Shown here: positions 28,869 through 40,822 of the stretch, piece by piece
How positions within the stretch are numbered: position 1 is the first letter of the stretch
How the letters are laid out: each line of letters begins with the position of its first letter
Origin: an uncultured delta proteobacterium
GTDB taxonomy: Bacteria > Myxococcota > Myxococcia > Myxococcales > Anaeromyxobacteraceae
Reading direction: 5' to 3'
Assembly (NCBI GenBank): GCA_963828255.1
Contig: CAWHDZ010000027.1
Location: forward strand, 96,001-160,000
DNA: 64,000 bases
Position numbers and translations under genes: made by a program
Notes under the pieces: generated by a model
The model's database searches: none
What the model was told of the DNA's origin: nothing
What the model saw: only the letters and a program-made list of their open reading frames with translations

Positions 28869-30230
28869 ATGTCCCGCTTCCCGCAAGCCCGCCCCGTGAC
28901 GCCGGACGACCGTTCCCGCTCCCGCGTCGGGCTCGCGCTCGCGTCGGCGCTCGCCGCCTGGCTCCTGTGGGCCCAGATCTGGCCCCCGGCCGTGCCGCGC
29001 TTCGCCGGGGTGGACTTCGTGCAGTTCTGGGCGGTGGGGCAGGCCGCCCGGGGCGACGGGACCGTGGACGTCTACTCACCCCGGGGGCGGGAGCGTCTCG
29101 CCGCCTGGACCGGCGCGCGGGCCGCTGAATCCCGCTCGCCCAGGCTCCGGGCGGCGGCTGCGTACCGGCAGCGCTTCGAGACCTTCTCGACGCCCTTCCT
29201 GTACCAGTCGCTCGGCTGGATCGCGGGGGGCGACTACGACCGGGACCTGGCCGTCTTCCAGCGGGTCGGGACCGTGGCGGCGGCGGCGGCGGTGCTCCTC
29301 CTCGCCCACATGATGGGCTACGGGTGGACCGGCGGCCTGCTCGCCTTCCTCCTGCTCGGGCTGGCGAGCGAGCCGATGGCGAGCGACGTCCGGGTCGCCA
29401 ACGTGAACCGGCTCCAGCTGCTCGCCATGGCCGGCTGGATGTGGGCGCAGCGCTCCCCGTCCCCGGCGCGGCAGGTCTCGGCCGGGCTCCTGCTGGGGTT
29501 GCTCCTCGCCTTCAAGCCCACGCTCGGACCGGCGCTCGCCGTGCTGGTGCTCGTGGGGTGGGCCACCCGCCGGTGGCGGTCGATGGCACTCCAGGCGGCC
29601 GGCGTGGCGCTCTCGGGAGCGGCCGTGGTCGTGGCGACCTCGATGGCCTGGGGCTCCGCGCGGACCTGGTGGGACTGGGCGATGGCGCTGCGCTCGCTCG
29701 AGCGGGACGCCGACGTCACGCTGGCCAGCTACAACCTGGCCGCGGCGCAGGTGCTGTCGGGATGGGGGGTGCCGTCCCCCTCGACGATCCTGGCCGCGGT
29801 CCTGCTCGCCGTCACGGCGGCCGTCCTCTGGTCGGCCCGCCGCGGCGCCACCGGACCCGCCGACGCGGGGAGGCTGGGAATGGCGGCCGGATCGCTCGCC
29901 TTCGCCATCTCCCTGTGGCCCCTGCAGCTCGTGTGGCTCCACTACTACCTGCTCTTCACGCCGCTGGCCCTCTGGCTGCTGCGCCCCTCCGGCCCGGGAG
30001 AGGACGGCGGAGGCCGCTCCCTCGCCGAGCGCATGCTGGCCGCGGTGGCTGCGGTGGGCGCGCTGGGGAGCCCTCACCTGCTCCCGGCCGCGCGGGACAG
30101 CTTCCCGCTCCAGGCCGCCGCCTACATCCTGGGGGCCCTGTGCCTCATCTGCCTGGGCTGGGTGGAGCTCCACCGGGCGGCGCGAGGAGCAGCCGTCGCC
30201 CCGTCGCCGACAGCCGCGCCGGGTGGGTGA
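28869..30230 (+). CDS. Membrane-embedded GT-C glycosyltransferase (GT87/DUF2029-like)
   Basis: Multiple TM segments, DF..FW after TM1, NVN, FKP and WLHY motifs. Confidence 0.7.
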   Translation: MSRFPQARPVTPDDRSRSRVGLALASALAAWLLWAQIWPPAVPRFAGVDFVQFWAVGQAARGDGTVDVYSPRGRERLAAWTGARAAESRSPRLRAAAAYRQRFETFSTPFLYQSLGWIAGGDYDRDLAVFQRVGTVAAAAAVLLLAHMMGYGWTGGLLAFLLLGLASEPMASDVRVANVNRLQLLAMAGWMWAQRSPSPARQVSAGLLLGLLLAFKPTLGPALAVLVLVGWATRRWRSMALQAAGVALSGAAVVVATSMAWGSARTWWDWAMALRSLERDADVTLASYNLAAAQVLSGWGVPSPSTILAAVLLAVTAAVLWSARRGATGPADAGRLGMAAGSLAFAISLWPLQLVWLHYYLLFTPLALWLLRPSGPGEDGGGRSLAERMLAAVAAVGALGSPHLLPAARDSFPLQAAAYILGALCLICLGWVELHRAARGAAVAPSPTAAPGG

Positions 30231-30942
30231 ACCCCATCCTGGCGGCCCGGTACTCGAGCGCCGTGGCCAGCACGCCGAACCCGTAGGTCACGCTGCGGCG
30301 GAAGCCGATCGACGACGCCTCGGCGAAGTAGCGCGTCGGGCAGGAGATCTCCCCCACGTCGAAGCCGAACCAGAGCACCTGCGCGAGCATCTGGTTGTCG
30401 AAGACGAAGTCGTCCGAGTTCTCCTCGAGCGGCAGGGTCTCCAGGAGCCGCCGGGAGAAGGCGCGGTAGCCGGTGTGGTACTCGGAGAGCTTGTAGCCGA
30501 GCAGCAGGTTCTCGACCAAGGTGAGCCCCCGGTTGGCGACGTACTTCCAGAGCGGCATGCCGCCCTTGCGGGCCCCCACTCCCAGGATGCGCGAGCCCAG
30601 CACGCAGTCGAAGTGGCCGCTCGCCACCATGCCCGCCATGGCCGGGAGGAGCCGCGGCGAGTACTGGTAGTCCGGGTGGATCATCACCACGATGTCGGCG
30701 CCGCGGGCCAGCGCCTCGCGGTAGCAGGTCTTCTGGTTGCCCCCGTACCCCAGGTTCCGCTGGTGGATCACCACCTGCAGCCCGAGTTCCCGTGCCACCC
30801 GGACGGTCTCGTCGGGGCTGGCGTCGTCCACCAGCAGCACGTCGTCGGCGACGGAGCGGTCGATCTCGGCGCACGTGCGGGCCAGGGTCCTCTCGGCCTT
30901 GTAGGCCGGCATGACCACGCACACCCGCTTCCCGTCGATCAT
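30145..30942 (-). CDS. GT2 glycosyltransferase (polyprenol-phosphate sugar synthase-like)
   Basis: [37 protein letters not shown] overlaps the msrQ stop. Confidence 0.9.
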   Translation of the reverse strand: MIDGKRVCVVMPAYKAERTLARTCAEIDRSVADDVLLVDDASPDETVRVARELGLQVVIHQRNLGYGGNQKTCYREALARGADIVVMIHPDYQYSPRLLPAMAGMVASGHFDCVLGSRILGVGARKGGMPLWKYVANRGLTLVENLLLGYKLSEYHTGYRAFSRRLLETLPLEENSDDFVFDNQMLAQVLWFGFDVGEISCPTRYFAEASSIGFRRSVTYGFGVLATALEYRAARMGFTHPARLSATGRRLLLAPPGGAPPSPGR

Positions 30943-31538
30943 GCCTCCCTCCGCCCGCGACGTGCCGCACGCACCCACCCCGGGATCCGCAGCGCGAGCA
31001 GCACCGCGAAGATCCCCGCGAAGAGGAGCGGCCTCTTCATGTCGGCCTTCACCCGCCAGGCGAAGTGGACCACCGAAAGCGCCGCGGCCAGGTAGACGAG
31101 CCGGTGCAGGAGCTTCCAGCGCCGGTACCCGAGCCGCCGCAGCCACCCGTCGGTGGAGGTGACGGCGAGCGGGGCCAGGCAGAGGAGGGCCGCGAATCCC
31201 ACCATGAGGAACGGGCGCCGGGTGAGGTCCAGGGAGATGGTCTGCCAGTCGAAGAACTTGTCCACGCCGACGTAGAAGAGGAAGTGGAGGAGCGCGTAGG
31301 CGAAGGCCGTGACCCCGAGCACGCGCCGGAGCCGCTGCGGCCAGGCCAGGCCGAGGTATTCCCCGGCCGGGGTTGGGACGAGCGAGAGGGCCAGGATGGT
31401 GATGGTCCAGAAGCCCAGCCGGTTCTGCACCGCCTCGACGGGGTTGGCGGAGAGACCGCCGGTGGCGGCGTCCCAGCCGATCTTGCCGATGGGCAGGAGG
31501 AGCACCGCCACCGCGGCGGGCTTGAGCCACCGCTTCAC
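30939..31538 (-). CDS. msrQ: Methionine sulfoxide reductase heme-binding subunit
   Basis: [29 protein letters not shown]; follows msrP. Confidence 0.9.
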   Translation of the reverse strand: MKRWLKPAAVAVLLLPIGKIGWDAATGGLSANPVEAVQNRLGFWTITILALSLVPTPAGEYLGLAWPQRLRRVLGVTAFAYALLHFLFYVGVDKFFDWQTISLDLTRRPFLMVGFAALLCLAPLAVTSTDGWLRRLGYRRWKLLHRLVYLAAALSVVHFAWRVKADMKRPLLFAGIFAVLLALRIPGWVRAARRGRREA

Positions 31539-31540
31539 TT

Positions 31541-32497
31541 TTAGTAAAGCTTCCTCGGGTCGAGGCCGGCGTAGAGCCCCGCCACCTCGGCCCCGTATCC
31601 GTTGAACGGCAGCGTGTCGCGCCGGAAGAACTCGCCCAGGCGCCGCTCCTTCCCCTGGCTCCAGCGCGGGTGGTCCACCGCCGGGTTCACGTTGCCGTAG
31701 AAGCCGTACTCGGTGGGGGCCATGACCGCCCAGGTGGTGCGCGGCTGCTCCTCGACGAAGCGCATGCGCACGATCGACTTGGCCCCCTTGAAGCCGTACT
31801 TCCAGGGGGTGATGACCCGCAGCGGGGCGCCGTTCTGGGCGGGCAGCACCCGCCCGTAGAGCCCCACGGCGAGCAGCGTGAGCGGGTTCACCGCCTCGTC
31901 GATGCGAAGCGCCTCGGTGTAGGGCCAATCGAGGATGCGGCTCTTCTGGCCCGGCATCTGCGCCGGATCGAGCAGCGTCTGGAAGACCACGAACTTCGCC
32001 CGCGAGGTGGGCTCGGCCCGCTTCACCAGCGCGTCGAGCGGGAACCCCACCCAGGGCACCACCATCGACCAGGCCTCGACGCAGCGGAAGCGGTAGATCC
32101 GCTCCTCCAGCGGGGAGAGCTTGAGGATCTCCTCGATGCCCAGGGTGAGCGGCCTCTTCACCTCGCCGTCCACGGCGAGCGTCCAGGGGCGGGTGCGCAG
32201 GCCGCCGGCACGCTGGGCCGGATCGGCCTTGTCGGTGCCGAACTCGTAGAAGTTGTTGTACGTCGTGACCGACTTCCAGGGCGTGGGCTTCTCGCCGCCG
32301 GCCATGTCGGCCTTCCTCGCCACGGGGAGGACCTCGCCGGACGGGTCTTCGGGGCCCGCCAGCGCCGGGATCGGAAAGGCAGAAGTGGCCGCGCCGATGG
32401 CCCCGGCCGCCCCCAGCCTCAGGAAGTCCCTGCGGCGCAGGTAGATCCTCTCGGGGGTGGCTTCGCTCTCTCGAAGGTCGGGCTTGAAGCGGGGCAT
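31541..32497 (-). CDS. msrP: Protein-methionine-sulfoxide reductase catalytic molybdoprotein
   Basis: Tat motif [34 protein letters not shown]. Confidence 0.95.
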   Translation of the reverse strand: MPRFKPDLRESEATPERIYLRRRDFLRLGAAGAIGAATSAFPIPALAGPEDPSGEVLPVARKADMAGGEKPTPWKSVTTYNNFYEFGTDKADPAQRAGGLRTRPWTLAVDGEVKRPLTLGIEEILKLSPLEERIYRFRCVEAWSMVVPWVGFPLDALVKRAEPTSRAKFVVFQTLLDPAQMPGQKSRILDWPYTEALRIDEAVNPLTLLAVGLYGRVLPAQNGAPLRVITPWKYGFKGAKSIVRMRFVEEQPRTTWAVMAPTEYGFYGNVNPAVDHPRWSQGKERRLGEFFRRDTLPFNGYGAEVAGLYAGLDPRKLY

Positions 32498-32559
32498 GGT
32501 GGTTCTCCGTCCGGCAACGTCTGCTTAACCCCGCCGGGGCCTGGCGCCATTCCCGCGTC

Positions 32560-33921
32560 CTAGAACCGGTAGGCGATGGCGTAGAGCAGCGACACCGTCA
32601 GGATGGAGAGGCGCGTGGTGACGGCCCCCGTTCCCGGGGTGCCGAGCAGGAAGTCGTCCGAGTTCCCCCAGGAGGCGCCCAGCCCCAGCGAGCCCGAGAG
32701 GTTCTCGCCCTTCAGCTTGGCGCCGGCGGTGAGCCCGTAGAGATTCACGCTCCGGAAGACTCCGGAGGTGCCGGGGGCGCTCGGCGCGGCGTCGGTGTAG
32801 AACCCGCCGTGGAGGCTCCACGACTCGTCGAGCGTGTAGCGCCCCCCGACGGCGAAGTTCCACACCGTGGTCGCCCCGTAGGTCAGCCCCGCGAAGGGCG
32901 CCTGGGTCCGCGACTGCGTGCCGTCCGGGTAGGTGGCGATCTTCTCCACCATCTGGCTCGAGGCGAGCAGCAGGTACTCGGAGATGGACGAGTGGTACCG
33001 CACGTCGATCTCCACGTCGAAGCGCGGCTCCCGCCAGGCCAGGCCGAAGTTCACGGTGAGCGGAAGGTGGTAGCTGAAGGTGGCGTTCGGGTCGGCGAAG
33101 TAGGACTGGTAGGTCGCCGGGCCGGAGGCCGAGTTGACCGTCTCCATGTCCTGGAAGGAGAGGGACCCGGTGCGGAGGATGGTGAAGGTCGGCGTGCGCA
33201 GGCAGGCCCCGGCCACGAGGCGATCGGTCACGTCCCACTGGACGCCGAACGTGCCTTGCCCGCCCCACGTCGTGCCCTTCCCGTCGGCCGTGCGCAGGAT
33301 GGCGGAGTCCACGATCTGTGGATCGGAGCGCATCGAGAGGATCTGGGTCTGGGAGATGCTCGTGATGGCCACCCCGAAGCCGGCCCCGAGCCGGAGCGAC
33401 GGCAGCACCGCCCAGGCGGCGGAGACGGCCGGGACGAGCGTGGAGATGCTCACGCTCGACGAGTAGTTGACCTTGTTGCCGTCGAGGGTGGCCCCGTTCA
33501 GCGCCGCCGACCAGGAGGTGGGCTTGGTGGCCGAGAAGCCGATGCGCCAGCGATCGGAGGAGATGACGTCCCCGCCCAGCACGGCGCCGAAGTAGCCGGG
33601 GAGCTGGGCCAGCGAGACCTTTCCGCTGCCGGCCTGGACCTGGCCGAGGTCGATCATCTCGAGCTCGTAGCCGGTGGCGCTGGCGCCGATGACGCTGCGC
33701 CGGACCAGCGCCAGGCCGGCCGGGTTGTACCAGCCCGCCGTGGAGTCGGCCACGCGGGCCACGAAGGCGCCCCCCTCGAGCGCCTCCTCCTGCCCGATGA
33801 GGACCCGGTCGTAGTTGGTGAGGACGGCGCTGGGGGGCAGGAAGAAGGTGGACTGGGCCCGGGCCGGGGGTGCGACGAGGACCACGGCGAGGGCGATGAG
33901 GAGGCGGCGTGCGCGAGGCAT
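32560..33921 (-). CDS. Outer-membrane beta-barrel, FadL/OmpP1-like
   Basis: Signal peptide; [13 protein letters not shown] hatch-like motif; amphipathic strands; C-terminal YRF. Confidence 0.65.
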   Translation of the reverse strand: MPRARRLLIALAVVLVAPPARAQSTFFLPPSAVLTNYDRVLIGQEEALEGGAFVARVADSTAGWYNPAGLALVRRSVIGASATGYELEMIDLGQVQAGSGKVSLAQLPGYFGAVLGGDVISSDRWRIGFSATKPTSWSAALNGATLDGNKVNYSSSVSISTLVPAVSAAWAVLPSLRLGAGFGVAITSISQTQILSMRSDPQIVDSAILRTADGKGTTWGGQGTFGVQWDVTDRLVAGACLRTPTFTILRTGSLSFQDMETVNSASGPATYQSYFADPNATFSYHLPLTVNFGLAWREPRFDVEIDVRYHSSISEYLLLASSQMVEKIATYPDGTQSRTQAPFAGLTYGATTVWNFAVGGRYTLDESWSLHGGFYTDAAPSAPGTSGVFRSVNLYGLTAGAKLKGENLSGSLGLGASWGNSDDFLLGTPGTGAVTTRLSILTVSLLYAIAYRF

Positions 33922-34011
33922 GGCGGGAGGACGCTAGCACGTCCGGGACCGCTCGCCCCCCGCTCCGAGTCCCGCTATGCTCCCCCGCGGGACCGGCCCG
34001 GGGAGGACGCG

Positions 34012-34470
34012 ATGATCACACTGCTTGTGAACGGAACGGCGCGATCGGTGGAGGTCTCGCCGGACACCCCGCTGCTCTGGGCGCTCCGCGACACGCTTGC
34101 GCTCACCGGGACCAAGTTCGGCTGCGGGATCGGCTCGTGCGGATCCTGCACGGTCCTTCTCGACGGGGCCCCGGTCCGGAGCTGCCAGGTCACCGTCGCC
34201 GAGGTGAAGAATCGCAAGGTGACCACCATCGAGGGGCTCTCCCCGGACGGAAACCACCCGGTCCAGCGCGCCTGGATCGCCGACGAGGTCCCCCAGTGCG
34301 GCTACTGCCAGTCCGGCCAGATCGTGGCCGCGGCGGCCCTGCTGGCCCGGAAGCCCCGCCCCACCGACGCCGACATCGACGACGCCATGGACGGCATCCT
34401 CTGCCGCTGCGGGACCTACGAGCGGATCCGCCGCGCCATCCACCGGGCGGCGAAGGAGGGCGCGCGATGA
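34012..34470 (+). CDS. (2Fe-2S)-binding small subunit, IorA/CoxS family
   Basis: [24 protein letters not shown]. Confidence 0.92.
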   Translation: MITLLVNGTARSVEVSPDTPLLWALRDTLALTGTKFGCGIGSCGSCTVLLDGAPVRSCQVTVAEVKNRKVTTIEGLSPDGNHPVQRAWIADEVPQCGYCQSGQIVAAAALLARKPRPTDADIDDAMDGILCRCGTYERIRRAIHRAAKEGAR

Positions 34471-36563
34471 CCGGCTCGGAGATGGGACGCCGCACCTTCC
34501 TCGAGATCGCCGCCGGCACAGGCCTGTGGCTGGCGGCGAGCCCCCTGCGCGTCGCCGCCGCGGGGCCGGAAGCCGTGCCGGCCGCGGGCTTCCAGCCCAG
34601 CGTCTGGCTCAACGTGAGTCCGAAGGGGCTGGTCACGGTCTGGCTGGGGCGCTCCGAGATGGGGCAGGGCACCTACACCGGGATGGCCGTGCTCGTGGCC
34701 GAGGAGCTCGACGCCGACTGGAAGAGCGTGCGCGTCGTGCAGGCCGACGCCGACCCGAAGTACGGCCGGATGAGCACGGGCGGGTCGTCCTCCGTCCGCC
34801 AGTCCTGGGAACCGCTCCGCAAGGCCGGCGCCGCGGCGAGGGAGATGCTGGTCTCCGCGGCGGCCGCCGGATGGAGCCTCGACCCGGCCTCCTGCCGCAC
34901 CGAGAGCGGAACCGTGATCCATGCCGCCTCCGGGCGCCGCATCGGATACGGAGAGGTCGCCGCCGCCGCGGCCAGGCTCCCGGTCCCGGAGAAGCCCCGC
35001 CTGAAGGACCCGAAGGACTTCACACTCATCGGCAAGCCGGTCCCGCGCCTCGACACCCCGCAGAAGACCCGCGGCGCTGCGGTGTTCGGCATCGACGTGC
35101 GGGTGCCCGGGATGCTCCACGCCGTGGTGGCCCGGCCACCGGCGCTGGGCGGGAAGGTGATCCGCTTCGACGCCGCCAGGGCGATGGCCATGCCCGGCGT
35201 CCGCAAGGTGGTCGAGGTCCCGTCCGGAGTCGCCGTCCTCGCCGACACCACCTGGGCTGCGTTCCGGGGGCGCGACGCGCTCTCCGCCACCTTCGACGGA
35301 GGCCCCAACGGCGCGCTCGACTCGGCGGCCATCGCCCGCCTGGTCGACTCGGCGCAGCCCGAGCCGACCCCGGCGCGCAGCGAGGGAGACCTCGAGAAGG
35401 CGCTCGCCGGAGCGGCGAAGAAGCTCCAGGCGACCTACACCCTCCCCTTCCTGGCCCACGCCCCCATGGAGCCCATGAACTGCGCCGCTCGCGTGGACGG
35501 GAACGGCGCGGAGCTCTGGGTGCCCACCCAGGCTCCCCTCTGGGCCCGCGGCGACGTGGCCAAGGCGCTGGGACTCCCCGACGACAAGGTCACCGTCCAC
35601 ACCACCTTCCTGGGCGGCGGGTTCGGACGTCGCTCCTTCCCCGACTTCCCGGTCGAGGCGGCGCTGGTCGCGAAGGCGGCGGGTGTCCCGGTCCAGGTCA
35701 CCTGGAGCCGCGAGGACGACTTCCTGGGCGACTACTTCCGCCCCTGTGGCAAGAACGAGCTCCGCGCCGGGCTCGACGCGAAGGGCAACCTGGTCGGATG
35801 GCACCACCTGGTGCGCAGCCCGTCCATCTCGCGCCAGAACTTCGGCGGGAGGCCGGGCAGCCCCGACATCCTGGAGGGGGCCATCGCCTTCCCGTACCGG
35901 TCCGGCTCCGTCCGGATCGAGGCGGCCATCCCCACGGTGGGCGTGCGCCTCGGCTGGTGGCGCTCGGTCTACGCGTCGCAGAACGCCTTCCCGGAGGAGT
36001 GCTTCGTCGACGAGCTGGCCCACGCGGCGGGCAAGGACCCGCTGGCCTTCCGGCAGGGGCTCCTGCCCCCCGCGCACCCGCTCCAGGTGGTGCTGGCGCT
36101 GGCCGGCGAGAAGTCGGGCTGGGGAAAGAAGCTCCCCAAGGGCGTCGCCCGGGGGATCGCCTGCCACTCCTCCTTCGGAAGCCACGTTGCCCAGGTGGCC
36201 GAGGTGTCGGTGACGAAGGGGGCCATCCGCGTCCATCGCGTCGTGGTGGCGGTCTCCTGCGGAACGGCACTCAATCCGGACAGCGTGGCCCACCAGATGG
36301 AGGGGTCGGTGGTCTACGGCCTCTCGGCCGCGCTCCGCGGCGCCATCACCTTCGCGAAGGGGGCCGCCCAGCAGACCAACTTCCCCGACCAGGATCCCCT
36401 CCACATCTCCGAGATGCCGCGGGTGGAGACCCACATCGTGCCGAGCACCGCTGCGCCCGGCGGCATCGGGGAGCCGGGCCTTCCCCCCATCGCCCCGGCG
36501 GTGGCGAACGCCCTCTTCGCCCTGACCGGGAAGCGGCAGCGCAGCCTGCCCCTCGAGGCCTGA
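34467..36563 (+). CDS. Molybdopterin-binding large subunit, IorB / aldehyde oxidoreductase family
   Basis: Tat-like RRTFL, EMGQG, TGGSSS, HAPMEP, GGGFGRR, GGIGEP. Confidence 0.92.
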   Translation: MTGSEMGRRTFLEIAAGTGLWLAASPLRVAAAGPEAVPAAGFQPSVWLNVSPKGLVTVWLGRSEMGQGTYTGMAVLVAEELDADWKSVRVVQADADPKYGRMSTGGSSSVRQSWEPLRKAGAAAREMLVSAAAAGWSLDPASCRTESGTVIHAASGRRIGYGEVAAAAARLPVPEKPRLKDPKDFTLIGKPVPRLDTPQKTRGAAVFGIDVRVPGMLHAVVARPPALGGKVIRFDAARAMAMPGVRKVVEVPSGVAVLADTTWAAFRGRDALSATFDGGPNGALDSAAIARLVDSAQPEPTPARSEGDLEKALAGAAKKLQATYTLPFLAHAPMEPMNCAARVDGNGAELWVPTQAPLWARGDVAKALGLPDDKVTVHTTFLGGGFGRRSFPDFPVEAALVAKAAGVPVQVTWSREDDFLGDYFRPCGKNELRAGLDAKGNLVGWHHLVRSPSISRQNFGGRPGSPDILEGAIAFPYRSGSVRIEAAIPTVGVRLGWWRSVYASQNAFPEECFVDELAHAAGKDPLAFRQGLLPPAHPLQVVLALAGEKSGWGKKLPKGVARGIACHSSFGSHVAQVAEVSVTKGAIRVHRVVVAVSCGTALNPDSVAHQMEGSVVYGLSAALRGAITFAKGAAQQTNFPDQDPLHISEMPRVETHIVPSTAAPGGIGEPGLPPIAPAVANALFALTGKRQRSLPLEA

Positions 36564-36569
36564 GCGTCC

Positions 36570-36971
36570 CTACGGCGGCGGCAGCGGGTCGTCCTTCCGG
36601 AAGGCCGTCCCGGTGAAGAGGGCGACGAGCGTCCCCGCCTCGTCGGTGACCCGCACGGTGCAGGTGGAGAGGCGGCGCGAGCCTCCCTCCTCCCGCGCCT
36701 CGGCGGTGAGGACGCCGGTCCGGACGGGGCGCAGGAAGGTGACGTGGGCCTCGATGGCGAGCGCCACGTTTCCCCGGGAGTTGGAGGCCACCGCGAAGGC
36801 GAAGTCGGCCAGCGTGAAGACGGCCCCGCCCTGCACCACGCCGGCCGCGTTCATGTGCTGGGGGCCCACCGCCATCCGGGCCACGGCGCGCCCCTCGGCC
36901 ACCTCCAGAAGCTCGACCCCGATGCCAGTGGCGAAGCGGTCCCTGTCGAAGATCCTGGCGAGTTCGGACAT
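36570..36971 (-). CDS. PaaI-family hotdog thioesterase
   Basis: [21 protein letters not shown]. Confidence 0.88.
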   Translation of the reverse strand: MSELARIFDRDRFATGIGVELLEVAEGRAVARMAVGPQHMNAAGVVQGGAVFTLADFAFAVASNSRGNVALAIEAHVTFLRPVRTGVLTAEAREEGGSRRLSTCTVRVTDEAGTLVALFTGTAFRKDDPLPPP

Positions 36972-37073
36972 GGGTCCATCGTAGCCGTTCCGGTCGATCG
37001 CCGGTTGCGACGCGCGCGCGGCAGGCTATGGAAACGCCGCACGGCCCGCGGGGGCCGGAAAGCGAGGGATCCC

Positions 37074-37616
37074 ATGGCCAAGAAGAAGGTCGCGAAGAAG
37101 AAGCCCGCTCGGAAGGCGGTCCGCAAGCCCACCCGGAAGAAGGTGGAGGCGGTCCCGAAGGCGTACGGGTCGGTCACACCCGCCCTCGCCATCCGCGGCG
37201 CCACCGACGCCATCGCCTTCTACGTGAAGGCGTTCGGCGCGAAGGAGCTGTCGCGCATGCCCGGGCCGGACGGGAAGCTCATGCACGCCGAGATCCGGAT
37301 CGGGGACAGCATCGTCATGCTGGGCGAGGAGGCCCCGGAGATGGGAGCCCCCTCCCCGCAGACCCTGAACGGTTCACCGGTCGGGCTCATGTTCTACACG
37401 AAGGACGTGGACGCGATGTTCGCGCGGGCGGTGGCCGCGGGCGCGAAGCCGGTCATGCCTCCCGCCGACATGTTCTGGGGGGACCGGTACGGGTCGGTCA
37501 CCGACCCGTTCGGCCACCGCTGGTCCATCGCCACCCACAAGGCCGACCTCACGCCGAAGCAGATGAAGAAGGGCATGGAGGAGTGGATGGCATCGATGGG
37601 CGGCCAACCGGGATGA
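37074..37616 (+). CDS. VOC/glyoxalase (PhnB-like) protein with Lys-rich N-terminal tail
   Basis: AIAFYVKAFGA, MHAEIRIGDS, DMFWGDRYG...DPFGHRW. Confidence 0.88.
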   Translation: MAKKKVAKKKPARKAVRKPTRKKVEAVPKAYGSVTPALAIRGATDAIAFYVKAFGAKELSRMPGPDGKLMHAEIRIGDSIVMLGEEAPEMGAPSPQTLNGSPVGLMFYTKDVDAMFARAVAAGAKPVMPPADMFWGDRYGSVTDPFGHRWSIATHKADLTPKQMKKGMEEWMASMGGQPG

Positions 37617-37629
37617 CGGGCCGGGCGAA

Positions 37630-38409
37630 GTGAATCGCACCGACGCCGAGGCCCTCGCGCGCGCGCGGGCGGTCCTCGAGAAGCCGGGCATCGCCATCCG
37701 CCTCACCGACCTCCTGGGCAGGCCGGTGGAGATGGCGGTGGCGGCCCTGCCCGCCTCGGCCTCGCGCCTCATCCACCGCGCCACCGGCGCCGCACTCGAT
37801 CGGGCGCTCTCGGTGGCGCTGCGCACCATGGACGCCGACCCCGATCCTCCCTCCGACTGGGTCCACCGGCTGGCGGCGGGGGCCGCCGGCGCGGGGGGCG
37901 GCGCCTTCGGCCTGGCAGGGCTTGCGGTGGAACTCCCCGTCTCCACCACCCTCATGCTGCGGGCCATCGCCGACCACGCCCGGGCCCAGGGGGAGGACCT
38001 CTCCCGCCCCGAGCCGCGCCTGCAGTGCCTGGCGGTCTTCGCCTACGGGTCGCCGCGCGCCGCCGACGACGCCGCCGACGCCGGCTACTTCGCCGTCCGC
38101 GCGGCCCTGGCCCGCTCCATCTCCGAGGCCGCCGAGTGGCTGGCCACCAAGGGTGCCTCCCGCGCCGCCGCCGACCGGAGCGCGCCGGCGCTGGCCCGGC
38201 TGCTCGCCGCGGTGGCCCGCCGCTTCGGGATGGCGGTCTCGGAGAAGGCCGCCGCCCAGCTCGTGCCGCTGCTCGGGGCTGCCGGGGGCGTGGCGATCAA
38301 CCTGACCTTCATGAACCACTACCAGCGAACCGCCTGGGCCCACTTCACGGTGAGGCGACTGGAGCGGGCCCACGGCGAGGCCGCCGTCCGGGCCGCCTGG
38401 GGCCCGTAG
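37630..38409 (+). CDS. EcsC-family protein
   Basis: GAGGGAFG..ELPVSTTLMLRAI, Q..P..GAAGG..IN..F...HF.VRRLER. Confidence 0.8.
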   Translation: MNRTDAEALARARAVLEKPGIAIRLTDLLGRPVEMAVAALPASASRLIHRATGAALDRALSVALRTMDADPDPPSDWVHRLAAGAAGAGGGAFGLAGLAVELPVSTTLMLRAIADHARAQGEDLSRPEPRLQCLAVFAYGSPRAADDAADAGYFAVRAALARSISEAAEWLATKGASRAAADRSAPALARLLAAVARRFGMAVSEKAAAQLVPLLGAAGGVAINLTFMNHYQRTAWAHFTVRRLERAHGEAAVRAAWGP

Positions 38410-38467
38410 AGGGGGGCCTCCTTTCCGGGCCTTGCGCGCCGGGGCCCGATCTCCCTACCGTGGCGGG

Positions 38468-39367
38468 ATGAAGGAGACGACCTCTCGCAAGATCTCGCGC
38501 TTCCTCGACCCATACCGGATCACCAGCGGGAAGGACTTCCGGCTGAAGGACCACGACCCCGGCGACACCGGCGGCCTCGACTCCGAGGACAAGCCGGAGG
38601 CGAAGAGGATGCTGGCCAGCGGCGTGGAGCGGATGGCCGAGCTTCAAGAGAGGCTCTACGCCAGCGACCAGTGGGGGATGCTTCTGGTCTTCCAGGCCAT
38701 GGACGCGGCCGGCAAGGACGGCACCATCAAGCACGTCCTCTCCGGCGTGAACCCGCAAGGCTGCCAGGTCCACTCCTTCAAGCAGCCCTCCACCGAGGAG
38801 CTCGACCACGACTTCCTCTGGCGCACCCAGCGGGCCGCCCCCGAGCGCGGACGCATCGGAATCTTCAACCGCTCCTACTACGAGGAGGTCCTGGTGGTGC
38901 GGGTCCACCCGCAGATCCTGGCCGGCCAGCGCCTCCCGGCGCGGTTCGTGGGGAAGAAGGTCTGGGACGAGCGGCTCGAGGACATCGCCGGCTACGAGCG
39001 GTACCTGGCCCGCAACGGCTTCGCCATCCTCAAGTTCTTCCTGAACGTCTCGAAGAAGGAGCAGAAGCGCCGCTTCCTGGAGCGGCTCGACGAGCCGGAG
39101 AAGCACTGGAAGTTCTCCCCCTCCGACGTGCGGGAACGGGCCCACTGGAAGGGCTACATGGAGGCCTACGAGGAGGCCATCCGCGGCACCGCCACCGAGC
39201 ACGCCCCCTGGTTCGTGGTCCCGGCGGACGAGAAGTGGTTCACCCGGCTCGTGGTCGCGGCGGCCATCGTGGAGACGCTGGAGGGGCTCGACCTGGCCTT
39301 CCCCAAGGTGCCCGACTCCAAGCGGGAGGAGCTCGCGCTGGCGCGGGCGCAGCTCGAGAAGGAGTAG
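38468..39367 (+). CDS. ppk2: Polyphosphate kinase 2 (PPK2, probably class III)
   Basis: AMDAAGKDG, FKQPS, FNRSYYEEVL, WKFSPSD, PWFVVPADEK. Confidence 0.93.
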   Translation: MKETTSRKISRFLDPYRITSGKDFRLKDHDPGDTGGLDSEDKPEAKRMLASGVERMAELQERLYASDQWGMLLVFQAMDAAGKDGTIKHVLSGVNPQGCQVHSFKQPSTEELDHDFLWRTQRAAPERGRIGIFNRSYYEEVLVVRVHPQILAGQRLPARFVGKKVWDERLEDIAGYERYLARNGFAILKFFLNVSKKEQKRRFLERLDEPEKHWKFSPSDVRERAHWKGYMEAYEEAIRGTATEHAPWFVVPADEKWFTRLVVAAAIVETLEGLDLAFPKVPDSKREELALARAQLEKE

Positions 39368-39435
39368 CACCGGGGTCGGCGCCCGGCCGCCCGTCTGGTA
39401 ACATCCGCCCCTTCCTTCACCCGAAAGGCCCCCAC

Positions 39436-40809
39436 ATGTCCCTCACGCTCGATGACGTCAGCCACGCGGTCCGGGAGACCCAGTACGCGGTCCGCGGCGC
39501 CATCGTGGCTCGCGCCGCCGAGCTGGAGCGCCAGGGCCAGCCGATCATCTACTGCAACATCGGCAACCCCCAGTCGCTCGGGCAGAGGCCGCTCACCTTC
39601 GTGCGCCAGGTGCTGGCGCTGGCCGAGTACCCCGAACTGCTCGACGGGCCCGCGGCGGCGGCCTTCCCGGAGGACGCGCGGGCGGCGGCGCTCCTCGCCC
39701 TGAAGAAGAGCCCGCACGGCCTGGGCGCCTACACCGAGAGCAAGGGCTACCTCTTCGTCCGGCAGGCGGTGGCCGACTTCATCCACCAGCGGGACGGCAT
39801 CTCCACCGACCCGGAGCACGTCTTCCTCACCGACGGCGCCAGCAAGGGGGTCCAGTCGGTGCTGCGCCTCCTCGTGGACGGACCGAAGGACGGGGTGATG
39901 ATCCCCATCCCGCAGTACCCGCTCTACTCGGCCTCCATCACGCTGCTCGGCGGCACCCAGGTCTCCTACTTCCTCGACGAGAAGAGGGACTGGAGCCTAT
40001 CGCTGGCGGCGCTCGAGACCGCCCACGCCGAGGCCACGGCCCGGGGCATCCGGGTGCGCGCCATCGCCGTCATCAACCCGGGCAATCCCACCGGCGCGGT
40101 GCTCGACCCGTCCAACGTCGAGATGGTTCTCGCCTTCGCCCGGCGCCATTCCCTCTCGGTGCTCGCCGACGAGGTCTACCAGGAGAACGTCTACCGGCCG
40201 GAGGACCGCTTCGTCTCCTTCGCCTCGGTGCTCGTGCGCCTCGGGCTCACCGACGTCCCGCTCTGGAGCTTCCACTCCGTGTCAAAGGGCTACCTGGGCG
40301 AGTGCGGCCACCGGGGCGGCTACCTGGAATGCCGGAACGTGCCGGCCGACGTCATGGCCGAGGTGGAGAAGATCCAGTCGGTGGCGCTCTGCGCCAACTC
40401 GGCGGGGCAGTTCGTCACCTGGATCATGGTCCGGCCTCCCCGGGCCGGCGACCCGTCGTTTCCCCTCTTCGACCGGGAGCGGCGCGAGGTGCTCGACTCG
40501 CTCCGGCGTCGCGCGGCGCTTCTGGAGAAGGGGTTGAACGGGATCCCGGGGATCCAGTGCAACGCGCTCACCGGCGCCATGTACGCCTTCCCGCGCATCA
40601 CGCTGCCGCCGGGGACCACCGACGCGCAGTACTGCCTGGCGCTCCTCGAGGAGACGGGAATCTGCGTCGTGCCGGGGTCGGGCTTCGGACAGATTCCGGG
40701 GACCTGGCACTTCCGCACCACCATCCTGCCCCCCGAGGACCAGATCGCCACCGTGGTGCAGAGGCTGGGCGAGTTCCACGCCGCCTTCACGAAGGCGCGG
40801 GGCGGCTGA
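39436..40809 (+). CDS. Alanine aminotransferase, eukaryote-like ALT/GGAT subfamily (class I PLP)
   Basis: YAVRG, NIGNPQ, TDGAS, PIPQYPLYSA, INPGNPTG, DEVYQEN, FHSVSKG..GECGHRGG, HFRTTILP. Confidence 0.88.
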   Translation: MSLTLDDVSHAVRETQYAVRGAIVARAAELERQGQPIIYCNIGNPQSLGQRPLTFVRQVLALAEYPELLDGPAAAAFPEDARAAALLALKKSPHGLGAYTESKGYLFVRQAVADFIHQRDGISTDPEHVFLTDGASKGVQSVLRLLVDGPKDGVMIPIPQYPLYSASITLLGGTQVSYFLDEKRDWSLSLAALETAHAEATARGIRVRAIAVINPGNPTGAVLDPSNVEMVLAFARRHSLSVLADEVYQENVYRPEDRFVSFASVLVRLGLTDVPLWSFHSVSKGYLGECGHRGGYLECRNVPADVMAEVEKIQSVALCANSAGQFVTWIMVRPPRAGDPSFPLFDRERREVLDSLRRRAALLEKGLNGIPGIQCNALTGAMYAFPRITLPPGTTDAQYCLALLEETGICVVPGSGFGQIPGTWHFRTTILPPEDQIATVVQRLGEFHAAFTKARGG

Positions 40810-40822
40810 ACGCGCCGCCCGC

